From Spongospora subterranea f. sp. subterranea (Eukaryota), in contig JAUGWO010000129.1 of the NCBI GenBank assembly GCA_049724395.1, positions 62,001 through 126,000 of the forward strand: 64,000 bases of DNA, read 5' to 3'. The notes beneath the pieces are model-generated. The model was not told the DNA's origin, did not search any database, and worked only from the letters and a program-made list of their open reading frames with translations. Of this stretch, positions 12,361 through 23,499 are shown piece after piece; positions within the stretch are counted from its first letter, which is position 1, and every line of letters begins with the position of its first letter. A program made the position numbers and the translations under genes.

Positions 12361-12415
12361 TGACGTTGTTCAAGAAATGCGATCCTCGATCCGATACCCA
12401 GGTATAAGCAACTCC

Positions 12416-12753
12416 ATACCTGGTAAACAGTCAGCATCACAGGGACACAGTATGGCATCGAACTAAGCACATTGACGTACGTCACCATTATGTAAAGGAT
12501 CAGATACAGCAAGGGAAAATCCAGCTCAACGCCTGTTCGTCGAAAGATTTGTTAGCGGATTTGCTGACTAAATCCTTGGGGAAGATCCAGTTCACTGCGG
12601 CACGAAATTTGTTCAACCGGTCGCAGGATTGGGCGGGGATGTTGAGGAGCAACCCGACGACGGTTGACGCAGTCGAGGTGTGCGCCTACATTGAACTAGC
12701 GCGTGCTTAATAACTTAATAAAACACTCCTGTAATCGAACTCTATTGACAACA
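12416..12753 (+). mobile_element. Ty1/copia 3' end: RNase H C-terminus, PPT and 114-bp LTR (12640-12753)
   Basis: HRTKHIDVRHHYVKDQI...LADLLTKSL, then GGGCGGGGA, then TGTTG...AATAAA...CAACA. Confidence 0.88.
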
Positions 12754-13760
12754 GCAGCAATGCCGAAATTAGAGGTGAAGCAAAAACAAGCTCAAAAGCC
12801 TCAAATCAGAGCACTGGAACGGAATTCTCAAAAACGGTTCCAATCTCTACAATGTCTGCCAATCTGTGTCAATAGTTCATCTGATGTGGAGTTTGCGTGC
12901 GACTGGATTATCGCATGCTGTGTTCTGCATAACATGGTCAATCAACGAAGGCTGACAGCTGATGACTTAGGTTCTTTTACAAATTCATCAAATGAAGAAG
13001 CCAGTGTTGATATGAGAGTATGAGCTCCTCTCATGTACTGAACGTTGCTGCTGCTCAGTGGCGCCAAGAAATCCAACAATAAGTACTCCACTTTTGGTAA
13101 AACAGTTTATTATGGGAAGATTAATTCAACTGTTTACTTAACACTCCCCAGACTCTGACCGGACAGTGATGAAGCGATCATGTTTGCTTTTGCAATCTTG
13201 GCGGCAAGTTCCGAGAAATGTTGGAATTTTTGTTGTTTTAGTTCCGGTTTGCATTCCTCCAATAAAGCCAAGCGGTCCATTTTGCTTTGTTCAACAACGC
13301 AAGCCGCTGTTGCATGTTAATGTCCTTTTGTAGTTTTTCGCGGTCAAACGCGAGCTGCTCCTGTTGAACTCGGCGTAAGTTGACGCGAAGTCTCGCTTAG
13401 TAGATTTTATCGAAGTCTAATTGACCGCCACAGTTGTAAGTGTAGACCCACCACATTACTGTGCTTTTCTCTTTATTCTTCGATTTCGGAGTTACGGTCA
13501 CCGCAGGACTCATTTGAACGCTGTCTTTTTGTCTTGTGTTATAGAGTTGAAAAAAAAAGCCAACTCCTGATAGGCTGCATCCTTGGTGAGCGTTTGACCG
13601 GCTACAAGGGCCTGGCCATGGGCCGCCCTTCCGGTAAAATTGCTGGAAATTTTCGAAAAGGAAATGATTGCCAAAAACTCGGGCTTTATTGTCTGCTTTC
13701 GATAGCACTTCTCCACGGCGATGATGACCTGGGTCAACTGTGGCTGATTCGCCACGACCA
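12754..13760. mobile_element. PIF/Harbinger remnant: transposase C-terminus (+) convergent with a partner ORF (-)
   Basis: KRFQSLQCLP...WIIACCVLHNM is the DDE_Tnp_4 end. The opposite strand carries the broken ORF GQALVAGQTLTKDAAYQELA plus a coiled-coil-like tail. Confidence 0.7.
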
Positions 13761-14351
13761 ATCCGACAGCGATGTTGTTTCGCGACGTTGGACCTAACGA
13801 GGTCTGATGCTGGTGTCAATGACATGCCCTACTTCGATCTGGGCCGCACAGTGGTGCAAGAGATTCGTTCCGCTGATGTTCCACCAGTTCGAACAGGCAG
13901 GTCCGCCAACTCGGCAACAACGCAATCATACGATTCGGATCTCAGAAACACGACGTTGACGGCGGGAATCTTCATCGTACCCGTACGGGCCGGTCCTGGA
14001 CGCTTCGACAAGCGACGAACTCTTCGGGTCCCTAGCGGAGCGGTATGCCTCGGCAGCAGATCCCGGCGCTCTCGAGGATTCCATTCGCCACAAGCTTGAA
14101 TGCTCTGTACCTTTCCCCACTGAATCTCTCGCAGAATATGTTTCCAGGTTCGAGCAATACTATCGCTTTGCTAAGGGGGTATCACCAAATTCCAAATTTT
14201 TCCATCTCGGAGCCGACATGCTGCCGATAATTCCTACATTCCCTGCGTTCACGCACCGCCCTCTTCAGTGCAATGGTCTACGCATCTGATCGAAAGGTTA
14301 TTCGACTCGAGGATATTTTCAGTCTAGCCCGAGACTGCGAAAGCAACCTTA

Positions 14352-14750
14352 GAGCATCCCCACCCCACGGATTAAGTCCAGAGGTTAAACGCTAGATCCA
14401 GTCGGGCCCGGCCGGACTACCGTAGATTAAGCCCATGGCGGGCTTATTCCCACCCCATCATTTTGAATCATGGAGGGGTAGTACCCGGTAGAGTTCTCCG
14501 CAATGCTCATGTTTAACCCTTTTTGTTCATGGACGAGGATGATGATTTACAGCAACTAGTTCTGATGGAATCATCATCAGAGGAAGAAATAGAACCTTAT
14601 CCAGCGGCGGAAAATTTTGCCTCACACCCACCACAGAGACGAGTTTCACGACCAAATTTCGGTTTTTCTAATCGCCCTGAAACCTCTTCCACCAACCGCT
14701 ATCACCATAATCCTCCAGAGTCCAGCCGCCTGAAAACTTTGTAAACAACC
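14352..14750 (+). mobile_element. Truncated Pong/PIF-like element, left end
   Basis: TTA followed by GAGCATCCCCA (Tourist/Pong-like TIR), then an acidic ORF start MDEDDDLQQLVLMESSSEEE. No partner TIR seen. Confidence 0.4.
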
Positions 14751-15189
14751 GTTTTTCTCAGCATCGAACGCAAACAACTGCTGAAGACTCCAGCAGAACT
14801 CATTCTCGTTTTCGCAACGCCACACATCAGAGAAACCGTTTATCATGCGAGTCTCCACGGCTAGCCCTCCCTGTTCTACTGTTTACGAATAAATCCGCTT
14901 TTTAAGTGCCTTTTTAGGAAATGGACTCGAACCGGAAGATCGGCCCCTCTCGACGCCAGCTGTCTCCCGCGTGACGTTCGAAACAGTTTCCACCTTTCCT
15001 GCTCTTCATCACCTGAAACTGAAATTTCCCATGTTTGTCAATCTAAAAACGTGACTGAAATTTCCTCTCAACGTACTTTAAGAACGGCCCGTTCTGTCGG
15101 TAGGCTCAGCAAAAGTCGTCGTTCCAATAACAATAGGTAGATGATGGTGCAGATTTTTCCGTAATGAGTAAGAAGTTTTATGATAACTT

Positions 15190-15820
15190 CCCCGATTTGG
15201 CTATTCCCATAGAACAGCGCATCAAAGTGTCGTTTCTTCATGCGCGAAGACCTCTGGTGTGGACAAGTATATTCGGAAAAAGGAATCTCTCCATATCCTC
15301 GTCGTATCCAAGCGCTGTCAAATTTTGGTCTTCCTCAAACAGCTGGAGATCTGATGCAATTTGTGTGTGCTGTTACTTGGCTCTCTGTCGTCGGCCCCTG
15401 TTCGCACCAAGAAATTCGCGTCCAGGATTCTACTTCTCGATTTTGGCGAGTCCCATCGAGCGGCTTTCAACTCCATTATTGATGCGATCAAACATGCTGT
15501 CACGCTGTCGTATCCGTCGGATGACCTTGTCCCATGTCTTTTTACTGATGCTAGCAAAAATTTTTGGCGCGTAATCCTGTAACAGTGCATTGACTGTCAA
15601 TATTCGGTGAGCGACCGATTTTGGATCCACCTATCTTTGGTTGTAGATTATTCAGTCATTGTCATTACGCAAGTCCCTGAAGACGACTTTCATTTACCTT
15701 TCTAAGAGCAACATCATCAGCCGCTAGCCTTTTGTAGTGGTGCTTTCAAAAGGTCGTCTGCCAACTGGTCGGTTCCTGAAAAAGAAGCTTTTCCTATCCA
15801 GTATGCTGTCCGGCGACTGC
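15190..15820 (+). mobile_element. Ty3/gypsy RT-thumb/RNase H remnant
   Basis: KCRFF...WCGQVYS...RIQAL...PQTAGDLMQFVCAVTWL...CLFTDAS...HQPLAFCSGAFK...WSVPEKEAFPI. Confidence 0.88.
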
Positions 15821-16325
15821 GTTTCTTTCATCCCATCGTCAGTCATATTGCTCATTGGTCGAAATGGAATCTGATGAGATCGAACATTTTATGTCGATCA
15901 GGGTCGAATTGCAATTCAACCCATGAATGCTACTCTGGTCAGCTTGCTAACTCTGAATGCGTTTCCCTATGTGACGACTCTTGCAGATAACGGATTCGAT
16001 GTCATCGGGCTATTATTTTCTGAAAAAGGGGATCTAACCGAAATTTTGTGTAAACCAATCAAATCTATCATAAAACTTGAGAAGATGGCCATACGAGGAC
16101 AAAAGTCTCAAACTCTTCATGTTTCTCCTGTTTCTGGCTCCAAGGGTTTGGTAGTTGCTCTACACATCTCTACTACTAGGGTAGTGTTTGATGCCCAGAT
16201 TGCATGGTTTATACAGTTGACGGCTCAGATCATCGCAACAACTTGCAATCAATGTTTTCAAAATGTGTACTACTTGGATATGCGATTACAGTGCGAGCCG
16301 AATCGTCTACTTTGGTAGCAAGTTA
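15815..16325. repeat. Dispersed diverged repeat, copy 2 (partner at 8945-9445)
   Basis: Direct sequence similarity over about 500 bp. Confidence 0.8.
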
Positions 16326-17238
16326 AAACTCTATGAAAAATCTGTTATTTTGTGATGGGGTTTGAAGTTGTCTGATGTTGAATAAAACTGAATCAAACTC
16401 AAATTCTGATGGGAAAGAATGCCTAGTCTTTCACCTGGCTTTAAGGTTAGTTCTGGATTTTTGTGAGGCAGAACCTAGAGTATCATTGCAGTTAGCCATT
16501 CTCAGAAAACAACAGCTTTCTGCATCGATGTTGGTCATATACTTCTCACGATTTGCAATTCACTTGAGATAAAAAATCAAGACAGATTCTTTCACTTCTA
16601 CATTCAAAATGAAAGCCAATTTTTTGTACCACATGAAATTTCACACCCATATTATCAGCCACTCAACGAAATGCACAGTTGTCACTTCGTCGTCAAGTTC
16701 GGGTGTTCCGCACTTTTGACAATAAGTGGCATCAATTGGTCAAATTGGTCGAAATAGAAAAATTCAGGTCAAGCATCCAAATATTTAAAAAATTAAAAAT
16801 TTCTACCCTACAGTACCAGTAGACCAGAAAGGCTTCAGGGGAGCCGGGCCGGCATGAAATCGTGTCGATGTAAAACTGATGTGCGACGAGAATTTCGATT
16901 TTAGTCATTCACTCATGAAACCCTTTCACAGAACACCAATCTACATTCATCAAGATCTTTCACGAAGGCTGGCCATAAAAGATTCAACCTGGCCCGCGAC
17001 TGATGGCCATTTTTTGCACGGAGTCCGCACTGCCGACAGGATCAATTTAGATCGTCAAAAATCGCAGCGTTAGAAATCAACGCCATCGTGTGGTGGTCCC
17101 TGTCGACTCGTACGTTCTGTACTTGGACCTTTCATCTCGTGAATTGTTTTTCGGGCGCGTTCTAATTACCCGTACGGTAACACTGCGTCGAAACATGACC
17201 AGCTGAACCGCTAATGTGACAGTGGCAGGTAACACACT

Positions 17239-20223
17239 ATGAGCCAGCCATATGGCAACAGCGTACCATTGTCAAGGGATCAGTTCCCATCGTGTGATTT
17301 TATTTTAGTTAAAGTTGGGACTGGTGTCGGTAAGCGACTAAGATGACCTTCGACACCATCTAGACTAACGATTAGTAGTGACAACATGCAATGGCCATTT
17401 AGCACTAGGACGCATTGGTCATCTCGTTGAACAGGTTTGTGGGCAACGGATTCGTATTCGGGGATGCTAACTCCGCCTCAGATCGGCCAACTCCATGAGC
17501 AAAACAAAAAGGTCATTTTGGTGACGTCCGGTGCAGTTGGCCTTGGCAGGCGTAGTCTAAACAAGCAAGCCATGTTGAACAGCTCATTCCGGTCTCATGT
17601 GGGGGCCTGCAATTCTTCACAGAAATTGAAGGAGTGGGATGGCAAGGTTAGTTTTTGTGCAGAAAATCATCCTACTCTATAACTTATCGTTTTGCTTTAG
17701 GCTTGTGCAGCTGCCGGACAGTCACGTCTAATGTCTTTGTACGAGACCTTGTTTGCCGTTCGCGACATTAAGTGTGCCCAAGTTCTGGTGATGGATTCCA
17801 ATTTCAATTCCCCTCAAAAGCGCCAACAAGTACAATCTTGGTTTTCCACCTCGATGCTTAGTTGAAACTTGTCGTTGTAGTTCCGCTCTACGATGGATAC
17901 TCTTTTATCGGTTGGGATTATTCCTATTTTAAACGAAAACGATGTCATGTCTGGTCGCGAAACGCCGCTGACTGACGAAGACGGCATGATTTTCTGGGAT
18001 AACGATTCGTTAGCGACACTGGTGTCATCTGTCATGGGGGTGCAGCTGCAAATACTCCTGACGGATGTGGTACGTGTTAAATCCACGCCTTCTGTATCGG
18101 AACCTTCATTTCTTTTTAGAATGGATTATATGTTTTGCCTCCTGAAAACTTGAAGAAAGGCGTTGTTCCTCGTGTCATGCACGTTTATCGTAATACCGAA
18201 TCGGTAACGATAGGGGAAAAGTCCCGGGTTGGTCGTGGTGGCATGCAGGTATTGAGCTTAATATTCATCGACCAATTCTTGAACCATCGATAGGCTAAAA
18301 TTGATGCTGCTTTGGATGCTGTTAACCGTGGAGTAGGTGCAGTTGTTATTGCATCTGGTAAGATATGAGCGCAGTCTTTTCTGCGACTTTGCGCTGTTTA
18401 CGCCGTTGAGCAGGACATTCTTCCAACTCGATCTTGGATATCTGCAGTGGTGCAACGATAGGGACGCTGTTTTCCGCAAAATTGCTGGATGAGGGAATGT
18501 CGCCCAGGGATCAAGCTTCGCTTTGCAGAAATGCGGCGCGTAAGCTCTATGCTCTTAGCAGGTCGCGTCTCCTATTTTTTTTCAAAAGGCATGCTTAGTT
18601 TTTGAAATCTGTTCACAGTGATGACCGCCGAGTTATCTTGAAAGCTGTTAGCACAGCATTACGTTGCAGAACTGCCGATATTATTGCTGAAAATCAAAAA
18701 GATATTGATAATGCTGCCAAATTATCTGATATTTCTCAGTCGATGAAAGACAGGTGCTTATTGTTTCCAGTCGAGTTCACTTATTGTCATTTAACCTTTC
18801 TCGATATACTTGAAACGGTTATTATTTCTTTGACAACGTTAAGCGTTTTTTGGGTAGTTGACGAGCTTCAAGTTGGACTTGTGTTCCCTATTTTTCATGT
18901 ATTCTCATTGATGACATTGCATATTCATTGTAGGCTTGTAATTTCCGAAAAGAAGATTCAGATCGTTTGCGAAGGGATTGAACAATTGGCCGAACAAACT
19001 GACCCTTTATCTCGCATATGGCGTAATATGGAAGTAGGACAAGGGTTGGAGCTTGTTCAAGAAGCAGCGCCAATCGGTGTGCTACTTGTCGTGTTTGAGT
19101 CCAGACCGGATGCTCTTCCGCAAATTGCCTCTCTCGGTATATTGCCACTACCTTTTCATGTGCGTTTCTAATCTACATTTTCAGCCTTACAAAGCAGTAA
19201 TGGATTGCTGTTAAAAGGCGGCAAGGAAGCTATCTTTTCAAATCGAATTCTGCATTCAATTATAGTAGATGCAGTTCATGCCAGCTCAGGTGGCGTAGTG
19301 CCAAGGTTTTTTCGTCGCGTCGTCTCGTTATCAGTTTCTCAACGCTCATTTGTTCAGGGATATCATCCAGTTAATTGAATCCCGGGACGACATTCATGAA
19401 CTTTTAGCTTTGGATGATTGTATCGACTTGGTTATTCCCAGAGGGTGAGGAAGTTCAGGTTCATCACTGCGAATCTTATCTGTTTTTGGCAGATCGTCGG
19501 AACTCGTGAATTTCATGAAAAGCAATACTCACATTCCTGTGCTGGGTCATGCCGATGGTATTTGCCACATGTATGTTGATGCCGATGCCGACATGAATAA
19601 GGTCAAGCCTTTGTTGATCGACTCTAAGGCGAGTTATCCTGCTGCATGCAATTCATTGGAAACTCTTCTCATTCATCAAAGCCACATTGCCAATGGAAAC
19701 CTGAATGTAGTCACTACTTATATTGTTATTTTCAAACTTGAATTCATGTCACTTCTAGATCATTTTAAGCGTTCTCGGTGAAGAGAAAATCCGTGTTTAT
19801 GGAGGTCCTGCAGCTGTGCGATTGCTGCATCTTCCTCCTGCGTCATCATTGTCAACTGAATACTCGGATCTTTGTTTGACGCTGGAAATCGTGAGCGACG
19901 TCAATGCCGCCATTGACCATATCCACTCGTACGGCAGTGGACATACCGAAACGATCGTGAGCGAGAATGCTCAAGTTGTTAAGCAATTCATGAATCAAGT
20001 TGACAGCGCCTGTATATTCCACAATGCCTCCACGCGATTCTCAGATGGATATCGTTTTGGTTTGGGCGCCGAGGTCGGAATATCTACAGGGCGGATTCAC
20101 GCTCGCGGGCCTGTTGGCGTCGAAGGTTTGCTAACAACGCGATGGAAGTTGCGATCCGACGCATACCATACTGTGCAACAGTTCAATGATGGTCAATGCA
20201 AATACACGCATTCGACATTGTGA
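17239..20223 (+). CDS. P5CS: Delta-1-pyrroline-5-carboxylate synthase (glutamate 5-kinase plus gamma-glutamyl phosphate reductase fusion), multi-exon
   Basis: [115 protein letters not shown]. Confidence 0.97.
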
Positions 20224-20260
20224 AACTGTTAAAATAAAATATAAACTGATTGACATTATA

Positions 20261-21722
20261 TTATGATTTTTGATTCCTTGCATCTTCCAGCTGCATTAAT
20301 AGCCACTGCCTTCTTAGCTGCTTCTCAGATTTATGTTGGAGGCCGAATTCGCCAATAATGGCAGCCCAAGACGAACCGAATTTGTCAACTCCTAAAGCAA
20401 AAACTCTTTCAGTACCAGATCAAAGTATGTTTTAAGTCTGAAAAACCTGCACAAAGCCTTTCAATCTCCTCTGTCGCCCAAGTTTCGTTATCGTTGGATT
20501 TATTTGCTTCTTCCAGGACGTCGGGCACCGGTTGAGGAGAGGGTTGTCTGGGTGATGGTTGAGGAGAGGGTTGTCTGGGGCGTCTCTAATTGATAAGAAT
20601 TGTTCCCGCGAATATTGCTCACAGATGAATGCCATTTTTTCATTGCACTCAACAGCTTTTCAGCTGATGTTCTGTTTGACTCGATCTTCTTTGTTGATGA
20701 TGAGGGCAAAGCCCGTCGCAAATCATACTTATTGGCGTGGTTCAGCCATTGATGCCCAACCGGGATGGGAGAGAGGATCGAAAACCTATTCAGAATCAAT
20801 AACAGCAGCTAACGCGAGCAAATGCTTGTTTACCTATTGAAGTCACGTTTTTGATCGAGAAGATGGGCAATCAGATCTGATAAGCATATCGGCAGTTCAA
20901 AAGGGGGCAGCGTTAGCCATGACCCATCACCCTTTGAATAACGGCGACGTATGTCCCCCACCGAATGCAGGCCGTTTTCATTCATAACCTGTTTCGATCG
21001 GCTAATCACATTCGCCACCTGAACCGGCAATGTCGGCGAACTGGAGACGACTTGGGCATCCCAACCTGGAGATTGGACGGCGACAGCCGGGCCTTGACCA
21101 ATGCGATTTCCAACAAGCGGGACAAGTCGCATGCGTCCTGAAGAATTGGATCGCCATGAGGACCTGGATCAATAATCTCGCCGGTTCTGACGAGGTCCGT
21201 AGTTGCACTACAGAGCATCATATGGTCAAATGGCGTTACACGGTTGTACTGTGCCAACTCGGAAATTATTCTGACTGGCGGCATCAATACTTGGGCTCAG
21301 TTTATTCAATCTATTATTGGATCGTTTTAGGAGTTTTAGGCCTCACCCGCCTTCAAACAACCTATTCCTGGGCCCAAGATCACTGGGTAAATCGATGCAT
21401 CAACTGTACCGGCGCCAAGACAGCGATTTCCATCGGTGAATTGAGAACCTAAACACTCCTTAAAATTGCTACAACTATTTTGATGCAGAAGAAGTAGTTG
21501 AATAGTGTTGTTTTATCCAAACGATAACACTTTGATCCGGTGATTCAGAGGATCTCGAGTGATGATGTGCTCGAATTCAAGAATGTAAGATAACAGGTTC
21601 AAGGCCATCACTTTGGACACGCTTAGGCATCCACTTAAATTCAGAGTGTGCCAATAGTCTGCTAAAAGAATACGCATTGCTGGTTTGAGATCCGATCTTG
21701 TTGTTTTCGTGAGAATTGCCAT
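20261..21722 (-). CDS. Protein with a single C-terminal Myb/SANT domain (TRF-like layout), multi-exon
   Basis: The last exons splice to WATEEIERLCAGVDKFGSSWAAIIGEFGLQHKSEKQLRRQW. There is a helical N-terminal region and an S/T-rich linker with a 27-bp duplication near 20531-20578. The start is uncertain. Confidence 0.7.
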
Positions 21723-22351
21723 AGTGAGGCTGCATTTTTATGTGGATTGCCGGCAATGCGATGGCTGATAATGGGACCGGAGCCACTTTTGCAGTTGTAT
21801 TGAAAATGGTATCACTATGGCAAATATAGTGGAGGATGATAATCAACAGCATGTGGCGAGTGCTAACGATGTCAGGAAACGCCGCCGAATGGATATGTCC
21901 TTTCACGAAGTAAACCTTCAAATCAGACGCGAACGAAAGTCCGACCAGGCAACGATTGCCCAAACGACTGAACGGAACTGATCAGATTGAGATATGGGAT
22001 TCTGGCCGGAAGAAAGGGCTAGGAAGGCCCCGAATGGCGATGGCAACAAGTGGACCTACAAATAAAAACAAATTAACCTGATTCGCGCGGGAAAAAGAAA
22101 ATCACGATTACTTGATAATCACCATATCCTATAAAATCCACCTTGTCTTCTTATCTGCACCACATTGGTGGCTTGTTCCGGGCTCTACAGCGACAAAGAA
22201 AATGAACTGCCTTTTCTGTTTACTAACTGAGTTTTTTACAAACACGACAATAATAATATTTACCTGATAGTAAATTGGCCCTCTAACCGGAAATGGCAGT
22301 TTAACCCTGATTTCTTTTCGAAAAATTGACGGTGTACCATCATCTATAGAT

Positions 22352-22818
22352 CTATAAATCATCATGTTTATCTGAAATTTGTTGTTTTCGAAGGGCATTG
22401 CGTTCTGATAGTTTTGTTATAGTGATTTGCTTCTCTTTATCGGTTAATGTATTCCAATTAGTGATGGTGCGCATCGAACCTGTTGGTCAATACACCAGAT
22501 TCAGTCATATTATAGGAAGAATCATTTGAACACATACCATCAGGTTGTATTACGATTGGCCCTAGAATATCCATTTTATATGGCACTCCTGGTTTCAATT
22601 TGATCACGTCCGACTTCTCCTGGTTATCGCCACTGGCCAGGGCGGGTATCACTTCACTGGCTACACCAGTTTTCAGAAAAATACTGAACTATGAATCACG
22701 CGCTGCCTATACCATCTGTGTCTGCGCCACCGCTCAATATCAACGAGTAGATGAGCAGCGCGACAGGAATCCACCTCGATAAAGCAGTGATCGATGCCAT
22801 TTGCGAGAATTGCGCCAT
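22352..22818 (-). CDS. Small signal-peptide protein with C-terminal HDDL (3 exons)
   Basis: Splicing gives MASITALSRWIPVALLIYSLILSGGA...YKMDILGPIVIQPDGSMRTITNWNTLTDKEK...LSERNALRKQQISDKHDDL*. Confidence 0.75.
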
Positions 22819-23499
22819 TGCGGACTGGGTCGAGTCGAGCGGATATCGCTGACCGAGGATCTGCAGAAACCCACACTCGATCTGTAACTCCGTTTCGCGG
22901 CAATTTGGTGTCGCGCTCGTCGAAGTTTCATTTGACATGGGATGGTCTCCCTTCATCATTAACCTGGGAAGTTCGACGCCGATTTTAAGAAGCAATGGCG
23001 GCGCTGGACCAAAGCCACCCTGTGATTCAATAAAACGCATCGGATGATGAACCAATGCACTTTCATGTATTATATCTGGAACTTTTGATAAAGATGTTCT
23101 CTATAAAGCGCCAGGGCTTATTGTCGATCGGTCCATAAAACATTTTCGGCAAGTTCATCACTGGAAACAATTACATATCGGCGGCGATTTTTATCGAATA
23201 TATCCACGAGAATAACCTCTTTCACCAGGTGTGCGACATTTCTGTGAACAACCCTCTCAAGGACTTGACACGAACGGACACTCTCCGATTTCGATTGAAC
23301 AAGGCCGCCAAACTCGTCCGCAATGTTCTTCGTGACCCGCGAGGCAATTTAGTCGGCATGATGGAAACAAAGCGGCTGACTCCATCAACGATTTGCGCGA
23401 ATGTAGCGCTTGATCATGTGCCCAAACAGTCATTGATTTTGGCAATAGCGTGTCTCAGAAAAATATATCATCGATGTGTTGTGCCAAGAAAACAACAGT

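Noticed and set aside
13760..14340. Possible copia gag/pre-integrase fragment
   Set aside because: No clear motif. Too degenerate to call.
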